The translations under genes were made by a program, and so were the position numbers. Under the pieces are notes generated by a model. The model was not told where the DNA came from, did not search any database, and worked only from the letters and a program-made list of their open reading frames with translations. This document shows, piece by piece, positions 56,725-64,000 of a stretch of DNA of 64,000 bases (position 1 is the first letter of the stretch; each line of letters opens with the position of its first letter). The DNA is from an uncultured Aliarcobacter sp. (GTDB lineage: Bacteria > Campylobacterota > Campylobacteria > Campylobacterales > Arcobacteraceae). Location of the stretch: the NCBI GenBank assembly GCA_963664305.2, contig CAXXLV010000001.1, positions 224,001 to 288,000 on the forward strand, written 5' to 3'.

Positions 56725-58254
56725 TTAATTTAATAAGTTTTTTGCAAAATCAATTGCTTCAGAAGTTACATTCTCACCACTTATCATTCTTGCGATTTCA
56801 TTTATTCTTTCTTTATTATTTAATAATTTTACAGTTGATATTCCATTATGTTTATCTACCAAAAAATGTTGATTTGCACTTGAAGTTAATTGAGGCTGAT
56901 GAGAAATTGCAAAAATTTGGTAAGATTTACTTAATCTCGTAAGTACTTTTGATATTGCATCACTCTCTTTTCCACTTAAATTTGCATCAATTTCATCTAA
57001 AAATAATATTCCATTATCAACAATATCAAATTCGCTCATTGATGTAAGAAGAGCTAATCTTAATCTATTATATTCTCCTGAACTGATTGTTTCTAAAGAG
57101 ACTCCATTTAATTCAAAAAAAACTTCATCAATTCCTGTAAAATCAAGATTTTTATTTTTTAATATAATTTTTGCATTACTTAAATACAAAAATTTTAAAT
57201 ATTCATTTATTTTTTCTTCTAAAATTAAAACAGAATCTTTTCTATATTTTGAAATTAAAGATGCCAATTTATCTATTTCATTGTTTAATTCTTCATATTT
57301 TTTTTCTAGTTTTTCTTTTTGAAAGAAAATATTCTCATAAGATTCTAATTCAACTTTTTTTTCTTCTTTATATTTTAAACACTCTTCTATTGAACCAAAT
57401 CTTTTTTGTAAAGATGATAGCTTTTCAATTCTATCCAAAACTTTTTCGATATTTGTATCTTCTAATTCATGTAATGTATCAGAAAACTTTTCAAATATAT
57501 TATTTAATTCATTCATAGCTTCATCAAAAAAATTAGAATCAACTTCCATCAATTCTAAAGCATTTATAACACTATGATTAAATTCAAATATTGGTGATGC
57601 TTTTTTAATCGCAACTTCAATTTTTTCTTTTTTTGCCAATTTCTTTTTTAACGAATTTAACTCTTCATATTCATCAACTGATGGATTAATTTGTTCAATT
57701 TTATCAATCTCAAATTTTGCAAATTCTTTTAAATCTTCAAGTTTTTTTTCATCTTCTTTTATTTTATCTAACTCTTTTTTTGTCTTTTGTAACTCTTTAT
57801 ATAAACTATCAAAATTATCTTTTATCTCTTTAAACTCTTTAGTACTTTTTAGAGTTAATTTATCTAAAAAATCTATCAATTTTGGACTATCAAATTCTGA
57901 TGTATCTTTTAAATTTAAATGTTTTATTAATCTTGTAGAAAAATCAGAAAGATTCTTTTTTGAAATTGTTTGATTATTTAAAAAATATCTTACTTTATCT
58001 TTTTTAATACTTTTTATTACAATTTCATCATCAACTGAAATATCAAAAGTTTCATCACAAATATTTGTTTCACTTAAAATAACTTCACCAATATTTGCTT
58101 TTACTTCTGATAATGCAAATAGTGATAAAATTGATTGCATTAAAATAGATTTACCAGCACCACTTGGTCCTGTAAAAATATTTAAACCTTTATCAAACTC
58201 TAAATCAACTTCATCAAAAGACAAACACTCTTTTAAATAAACTCTAGTAATCAA
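56725..58254 (-). CDS. recN: DNA repair protein RecN
   Basis: TGPSGAGKS, ISSGE, LFLDEIDANLSG, ISHQPQL, EIARMISG; follows NAD kinase. Confidence 0.93.
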   Translation of the reverse strand: MITRVYLKECLSFDEVDLEFDKGLNIFTGPSGAGKSILMQSILSLFALSEVKANIGEVILSETNICDETFDISVDDEIVIKSIKKDKVRYFLNNQTISKKNLSDFSTRLIKHLNLKDTSEFDSPKLIDFLDKLTLKSTKEFKEIKDNFDSLYKELQKTKKELDKIKEDEKKLEDLKEFAKFEIDKIEQINPSVDEYEELNSLKKKLAKKEKIEVAIKKASPIFEFNHSVINALELMEVDSNFFDEAMNELNNIFEKFSDTLHELEDTNIEKVLDRIEKLSSLQKRFGSIEECLKYKEEKKVELESYENIFFQKEKLEKKYEELNNEIDKLASLISKYRKDSVLILEEKINEYLKFLYLSNAKIILKNKNLDFTGIDEVFFELNGVSLETISSGEYNRLRLALLTSMSEFDIVDNGILFLDEIDANLSGKESDAISKVLTRLSKSYQIFAISHQPQLTSSANQHFLVDKHNGISTVKLLNNKERINEIARMISGENVTSEAIDFAKNLLN

Positions 58255-58257
58255 TTT

Positions 58258-59124
58258 TTAATTTCCCCATCTTAATTTCTCATTTAAAACTTCAAAATAA
58301 TTTCTTTGAATTCGATGTAACATTTTTGCTTTTTTATTTGCTATATTTATTTTAATTGATTGATTTTGTTCTATTTCATAAATATCTTGTCCATCAACAA
58401 TCACAACAGCACCTTGATTGTCCATAATTTTAAACTCTATTTCAAAATATGCAGGCATTACAAGAGGTCTTTGAGTTAGCGAATGAGGAGCAATAGGTGT
58501 AATAATAAATGCCTCTGTTAAAGGATAAACCAAAGGTCCTCCAACAGATAAATTATATGCCGTTGAACCAGTTGGTGTTGAAATAATTACACCATCGCCA
58601 TAATATGTATTAAAAGATTTTCCATCTATTTTACCTTTGATTTTTATCATTGATGAAATAGATTTTCTTGAAATTACAATATCATTAAAAGCAACAAATT
58701 TGTTTAAATTTACGCTTCCTTCAACCATCATTCTATTATCAATTTTATATATATTATTTTTTAAATCTTTAATAAATTCTGGTAATTGCTCCATTGAAAT
58801 ATCTGTTAAAAATCCTAATGTACCAAGATTTATTCCTAAAACTGGTTTATCATATTTAAATGATTTTCTAACTACTGAAAGTAAAGTTCCATCTCCACCA
58901 ACAGAGATTAGAAAATCTACTTTATTACATAATTCTTCTAATGAATAACCTTCTAATCCAATCATTGCAGCAGAATTATTTTCAAGTAAAATTTCTATAT
59001 TTGAATCTTCAAATAATTTTTTTATTTCATAAAAAGTATTTTTTAATTCAGGACTTGATGGCCTTAGAATAACACCTGCAGTTTTAATAGTTGGCAATAG
59101 TTCATGATTATTTTCTATTCTCAA
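58258..59124 (-). CDS. nadK: NAD kinase
   Basis: GGDGT, GTLGFL, DGVIISTPTGSTAYNLSVGGP. Confidence 0.95.
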   Translation of the reverse strand: MRIENNHELLPTIKTAGVILRPSSPELKNTFYEIKKLFEDSNIEILLENNSAAMIGLEGYSLEELCNKVDFLISVGGDGTLLSVVRKSFKYDKPVLGINLGTLGFLTDISMEQLPEFIKDLKNNIYKIDNRMMVEGSVNLNKFVAFNDIVISRKSISSMIKIKGKIDGKSFNTYYGDGVIISTPTGSTAYNLSVGGPLVYPLTEAFIITPIAPHSLTQRPLVMPAYFEIEFKIMDNQGAVVIVDGQDIYEIEQNQSIKINIANKKAKMLHRIQRNYFEVLNEKLRWGN

Positions 59125-59210
59125 GTTTTATCCATTTTTTAAATTTATTTAAAATATTTTGATTTATTCTATCTAATTAATATATAAAATAATTTAAATA
59201 AATTTAATTC

Positions 59211-59246
59211 AAAAAAAAAGGGATATGCAAATGCACATCCCTTTTT
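59211..59246 (-). terminator. Intrinsic terminator after fusA
   Basis: mRNA AAAAAGGGAUGUGCA-UU-UGCAUAUCCC-UUUUUUUUU. Confidence 0.9.
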
Positions 59247-59266
59247 AATTTTAAGAAAAGTTAAAA

Positions 59267-61372
59267 TTAACCATTTCTCTTTTTCATAATTTCTTCTGAA
59301 ACATTTTTTGGAACTTCAGAATAGTTATCAAAAATCATTGAGTATGTAGCTCTACCTTGAGACATAGATCTTAAGTCTGTAGAGTATCCGAACATTTCTG
59401 ATAATGGAATCATTGCAGTAACTAATTTGATACCAGCTCTGTCATCCATAGATTGAACTTGTCCTCTTCTTTTATTACAATCCCCAATAACATCTCCCAT
59501 ATAATCTTCAGGAGTTTCAATTTCAACTTTCATGATTGGCTCAAGAATAACTGCACCAGCAGCTGCACTTCTACAAGCTTGTTTGAATCCCATTGAAGCA
59601 GCTAATTTAAATGCCATCTCAGATGAGTCAACGTCGTGGTAAGAACCGTCATAAACAGTAACTTCGATATCAACCATTGGATATCCAGCTAAAATACCAC
59701 CTTGCATTGCTTCCGCACAACCTTTTTCAACTGCAGGAATATATTCTTTTGGAATTACCCCACCTTTAATATCATTGTTGAATTTAAAGTTTTCTTCGCT
59801 TCCAACTAATGGTTTAATTTCTAAGAATACGTGACCGTATTGACCTTTACCACCAGATTGTTTTGCATATTTATATTCTTGTTTAACAGCATTTCTGATA
59901 GTTTCTCTATAAGCAACTTGTGGTGCTCCAACTTCAGCTTCTACTTTAAACTCTCTTTTCATCCTGTCAACAATAATTTCTAAGTGTAATTCACCCATTC
60001 CAGAAATAATTGTTTGACCAGTTTCTTCATCAGTATTTACTCTGAATGAAGGATCTTCTTCAGCTAATTTTCCTAAAGCAATACCCATTTTCTCTTGGTC
60101 AGCTTTTGTTTTTGGCTCAACTGCAACAGAGATAACTGGTTCTGGGAATTCCATTCTTTCTAAGATAACAGGATCTTTTTCAGAAGCTAATGTATCTCCA
60201 GTAATTGTATATTTTAATCCAACAACAGCTCCAATTTCTCCAGCATAAAGCTCTTTAATCTCTTCTCTGTTATTAGCATGCATTTTAAGTAATCTTCCGA
60301 TTCTTTCTTTTTTCATTTTTGTTGAATTTAATACATATGTTCCAGATTCTAAGATTCCTCTATAAACCCTTGCAAATGTTAATTGTCCAACGAATGGGTC
60401 AGTCATAATTTTAAATGCTAATGCTGCAACTTCACCATTATCACTTGAAGGAACGATAACTGCTTCACCATCTTGAGTTTCACCATTAATATCAGCAACT
60501 TCTGTTGGAGCTGGTAAATACATAGCAACTGCATCTAGTAAAGTTTGAACCCCTTTATTTTTGAAAGCTGTTCCACAAGTCATTGGAGTAATTTCCATTG
60601 CTAAACATCTTTTTTTAAGTCCTGCAACGATTTCTTCTTCAGTTAATTCAATACCTTCTAAGTATTTTTCCATTAATTCTTCAGAAGATTCAGCAGCAGC
60701 TTCAACCATTTTTTCTCTATATTCATTAGCTTGATCAACTAAATCAGCTGGAATTTCTTCAACATGGTAGTTTGAACCCATTGCCGCATCATCATCCCAA
60801 ACGATTGCTTTCATTTGAACTAAATCTACAATACCTTTGTAGTTTTCTTCTGCACCAATTGGAATTTGAATTGGAACTGGATTTGCTTTTAATCTTTCAG
60901 AAACTTGTCTTTCAACGCTAAAGAAATCTGCACCAGTTCTATCCATTTTATTAACGAATATCATTCTTGGTACTCTATATTTATTAGCTTGTCTCCAAAC
61001 TGTTTCAGATTGTGGTTGAACCCCACCAACAGAACAGAATACTGCAACAGCACCATCAAGAACCCTCATAGATCTCTCAACTTCAATTGTAAAGTCAACG
61101 TGACCCGGAGTGTCAATGATGTTTATTTGTAATTGTTCTTTAGTTTTTGGGTGTGTCCAATGACAAGTTGTAGCAGCAGAAGTAATTGTAATACCTCTTT
61201 CTTGCTCTTGCTCCATCCAGTCCATTGTTGCAGCACCTTCGTGAACCTCACCAATTTTGTGTGAAACACCTGTATAGAATAAAATTCTTTCAGTAGTTGT
61301 TGTTTTTCCTGCATCAATGTGAGCAGCAATACCGATATTTCTAACTCTGTTAAGTGGTGTTTTTCTTGCCAT
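59267..61372 (-). CDS. fusA: Elongation factor G
   Basis: [23 protein letters not shown]. Confidence 0.99.
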   Translation of the reverse strand: MARKTPLNRVRNIGIAAHIDAGKTTTTERILFYTGVSHKIGEVHEGAATMDWMEQEQERGITITSAATTCHWTHPKTKEQLQINIIDTPGHVDFTIEVERSMRVLDGAVAVFCSVGGVQPQSETVWRQANKYRVPRMIFVNKMDRTGADFFSVERQVSERLKANPVPIQIPIGAEENYKGIVDLVQMKAIVWDDDAAMGSNYHVEEIPADLVDQANEYREKMVEAAAESSEELMEKYLEGIELTEEEIVAGLKKRCLAMEITPMTCGTAFKNKGVQTLLDAVAMYLPAPTEVADINGETQDGEAVIVPSSDNGEVAALAFKIMTDPFVGQLTFARVYRGILESGTYVLNSTKMKKERIGRLLKMHANNREEIKELYAGEIGAVVGLKYTITGDTLASEKDPVILERMEFPEPVISVAVEPKTKADQEKMGIALGKLAEEDPSFRVNTDEETGQTIISGMGELHLEIIVDRMKREFKVEAEVGAPQVAYRETIRNAVKQEYKYAKQSGGKGQYGHVFLEIKPLVGSEENFKFNNDIKGGVIPKEYIPAVEKGCAEAMQGGILAGYPMVDIEVTVYDGSYHDVDSSEMAFKLAASMGFKQACRSAAAGAVILEPIMKVEIETPEDYMGDVIGDCNKRRGQVQSMDDRAGIKLVTAMIPLSEMFGYSTDLRSMSQGRATYSMIFDNYSEVPKNVSEEIMKKRNG

Positions 61373-61381
61373 ATTATAATC

Positions 61382-61861
<480 letters not shown>

Positions 61862-61865
61862 CTAC

Positions 61866-62249
61866 TTATTTTTTACCGGCTTTTGGTCTTTTAGTACCAT
61901 ATTTAGATCTTGCAACAGTTCTGTTTGCAACACCAGCAGTATCTAACGCACCTCTAACGATGTGGTATTTAACCCCAGGTAAATCCTTAACTCTTCCCCC
62001 TCTTACTAACACAATTGAGTGTTCTTGTAAGTTGTGACCTTCTCCACCGATATATGAAATAACTTCAAATCCTGTTGTTAATCTAACTTTTGCAACTTTT
62101 CTTAAAGCCGAGTTAGGTTTTTTAGGTGTAGTTGTATATACTCTTGTACATACTCCTCTTCTTTGTGGACACTCTTTAAGTGCTGGTGATTTAGATTTTT
62201 TAATCACCTTTTTTCGCTCATTTCTTACAAGCTGATTGATTGTAGGCAT
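61866..62249 (-). CDS. rpsL: 30S ribosomal protein S12
   Basis: [28 protein letters not shown]. Confidence 0.99.
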   Translation of the reverse strand: MPTINQLVRNERKKVIKKSKSPALKECPQRRGVCTRVYTTTPKKPNSALRKVAKVRLTTGFEVISYIGGEGHNLQEHSIVLVRGGRVKDLPGVKYHIVRGALDTAGVANRTVARSKYGTKRPKAGKK

Positions 62250-62384
62250 TTCTTTCCTTTATATAAATTGGTTTGAGTAATTATAAGCTTTACTCAAGCT
62301 TCTCGTGCAAATCAACATTAAGTTGAAACGATACTCCGATTCTAGGAAACTTGGTAGAGTTTTCTAAAAAAGTTCAGGATTATA
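62250..62384 (-). promoter_or_regulatory. rpsL promoter (-10 TATAAT at 62379-62384) and structured 5' leader of about 120 nt
   Basis: TTTTAAG-TATAAT on the minus strand, followed by three stem-loops before the AAAGGAAAG RBS. Confidence 0.6.
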
Positions 62385-62489
62385 CTTAAAATAATATTAA
62401 AAATATCTTATGCTAAATTATTTGTTATATTAAGTTTGAAGTTATCTTTTTTTACTAAAATTCGAAAAAATAAAAAAGGTAAAAAATAT

Positions 62490-63641
62490 ATGACTAAACA
62501 ATTATTCCCTTTAGCGTTGGGAGGTTTAGCAATAGGAACTACTGAATTTATAATTATGGGATTACTTCCTGATGTTGCAAATTCAATAGATGTTTCTATT
62601 CCTGTTGCTGGACACCTCATCTCTGCTTATGCATTTGGAGTTGTTATTGGAGCTCCAACATTAGTTGCACTTAGTGCAAAATTTCCTCCAAAATATATAC
62701 TAATTACATTAATGATTTTATTTACAATATTCAACGCTTTCTCAATTATTGCACCTGATTACAATACACTTTTAATATCACGATTTTTTGCAGGCCTTCC
62801 CCATGGAGCATTTTTTGGAGTTGGAACTGTAGTTGCAACAAAATTAGCTCAAAAAGGCAAAGAAGCACAAGCTATTTCATCCATGTTTACAGGACTTACT
62901 ATTGCAATTTTACTTATGGTTCCATTTGTTACTTTTATTGGGCATAGTCTTCATTGGAGATATGCTTTTGCAATAGTTTCATTACTTGGATTATTAACAA
63001 TTTTATCTTTATATCTTTGGTTGCCAAAATTAAAACCTTTAAAAACTGTAACTTTCAAAGAAGAGTTAGAATTTTTCAAAACAATTAAAGCTTGGCATAT
63101 TTTAACTATTGTTGCGATTGGTTTTGGAGGACTGTTTACTTGGTTTAGTTATATTGCTCCTCTTTTAATTCATGTATCACAATTTGATGCTTCAAGTGTT
63201 TCATATTTAATGATTGTTGCTGGTGCTGGTATGGTTGTTGGTAATATTTTAGGTGGTTATTTAGCTGATAAAAAAGACCCTGCAATCGCAACTATAATGC
63301 TTTTATCATTTATGGTTATTTCACTTATTTTAGTATTCTTTTTTTCAGAGAATAAAATCATTTCTGTTCTTCTTACTTTTATTTGTGGAGCTTTAGCTAT
63401 GTCAATTGGTACACCAATTAATATGGTAATGTTAAAAAGTGCAAAACACTCAGAAATGTTAGCTGCTGCATTTATGCAAGCTGCATTTAATGTTGCAAAT
63501 TCGTTGGGAGCATTTTTTGGAGGAATACCTCTATTTTTTGGTTTGTCTTATAATTATCCTTCACTTGTAGGTGCAATTATGGCTGGAACTGGTGCTTTAT
63601 TATGTGTAATGTTTTATAAAAAATATCAACAAAGTTTTTAA
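62490..63641 (+). CDS. MFS transporter, AraJ/DHA1-like
   Basis: LALGGLAIGTTEFIIMGLLP, AGHLISAYAFG, GLPHGAFFG, AAFNVAN; start at ATG 62490 after AAGG. Confidence 0.9.
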   Translation: MTKQLFPLALGGLAIGTTEFIIMGLLPDVANSIDVSIPVAGHLISAYAFGVVIGAPTLVALSAKFPPKYILITLMILFTIFNAFSIIAPDYNTLLISRFFAGLPHGAFFGVGTVVATKLAQKGKEAQAISSMFTGLTIAILLMVPFVTFIGHSLHWRYAFAIVSLLGLLTILSLYLWLPKLKPLKTVTFKEELEFFKTIKAWHILTIVAIGFGGLFTWFSYIAPLLIHVSQFDASSVSYLMIVAGAGMVVGNILGGYLADKKDPAIATIMLLSFMVISLILVFFFSENKIISVLLTFICGALAMSIGTPINMVMLKSAKHSEMLAAAFMQAAFNVANSLGAFFGGIPLFFGLSYNYPSLVGAIMAGTGALLCVMFYKKYQQSF

Positions 63642-63642
63642 A

Positions 63643-63999
63643 TCATCTATATGATGATTTTGAACTTTTTATTTTTACGTTATAAAAACCATTATTAGCT
63701 AAAAATATTCTTATTTCTTGGTCTATAAACTTATTTTTTGGTCCTTTTATTATCTCTAATATTGGTTCATTTTCTTCATTAAAGTTATCAAATTTTAGTT
63801 CAAAATATGGTATCAAATTTCCACAAACTGCACGAAATAGCATCGTTGAAATATTCTTTTTAAAAATAAATCTTTTAGTTTCTTTATCTTCAATAATTAA
63901 AGGTGTATGAATAAGTCTAATTTCTTGTTCTTCCATAAAAAGTTCATTTTTTGATTTAGCTGATAAATAATTTATTTCATTTATAATATTTTCACAAAA
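63643..63999 (-). CDS. DUF2971-like protein, C-terminal part (5' end beyond the window)
   Basis: The frame is open to the edge: ...AKSKNELFMEEQEIRLI...LIPYFEL...ILEIIKGPK...FLANNGF..VKIKSSKSSYR, matching the remembered DUF2971 C-terminal pattern. Confidence 0.65.
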   Translation of the reverse strand, partial: FCENIINEINYLSAKSKNELFMEEQEIRLIHTPLIIEDKETKRFIFKKNISTMLFRAVCGNLIPYFELKFDNFNEENEPILEIIKGPKNKFIDQEIRIFLANNGFYNVKIKSSKSSYR

Positions 64000-64000
64000 C

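Noticed and set aside
59125..59266. No tuf after fusA
   Set aside because: Normal for Campylobacterota, where tuf lies elsewhere; a strong terminator closes the operon.
61866..62249. Streptomycin-resistance alleles in rpsL
   Set aside because: TPKKPNS and RVKDLPG are wild type at both lysines.

Overview
Very AT-rich chromosomal segment from a Campylobacterota bacterium, most likely Arcobacteraceae (Arcobacter/Aliarcobacter), judged from gene content and order. Its core is a flagellar supercluster of about 33 kb (10627-43462). A minus-strand run starts at cheY-cheZ and continues through flgF, flgB, fliFGH, fliN, flgD, two flgE paralogues, a PflB-like TPR gene, flaG, fliY, motAB, flgJ, flgN, flgA, flhFG, a FlgV-like gene, fliE, flgC, fliK, fliR, flhB, a PflA-like TPR gene, fliI, flgL and flhA. 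It runs on without a break into BatD, an adaptor protein, a molybdo-oxidoreductase, an MFS transporter, a small wHTH-like gene and a flavin reductase. A divergent operon carries flgG, a basic hypothetical protein and a TM/coiled-coil/SPOR-like protein. The rest is housekeeping (rimM-khpA-rpsP-ffh, RluA-waaA-Zn-ribbon-Nif3-glyQ-purE, U32, recN-nadK, fusA-rpsG-rpsL), two CZB-domain chemoreceptors, mscL, an MFS transporter and a truncated DUF2971-like gene at the right edge. I saw no rRNA, tRNA, CRISPR or IS element. The most notable signals are: (1) a stator with Vibrio PomAB-type Na+ signature residues inside a Campylobacter-style motor; (2) an apparently split or remodelled PflB scaffold with a SPOR-like partner; (3) only sigma70-type promoters, no fliA at its usual position, and mRNA hairpins dividing the operon; (4) a CheZ with several FliM-like motifs; (5) structured leaders at rpsL and rpsP. 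Family assignments come from motif recognition and memory, not from database searches.
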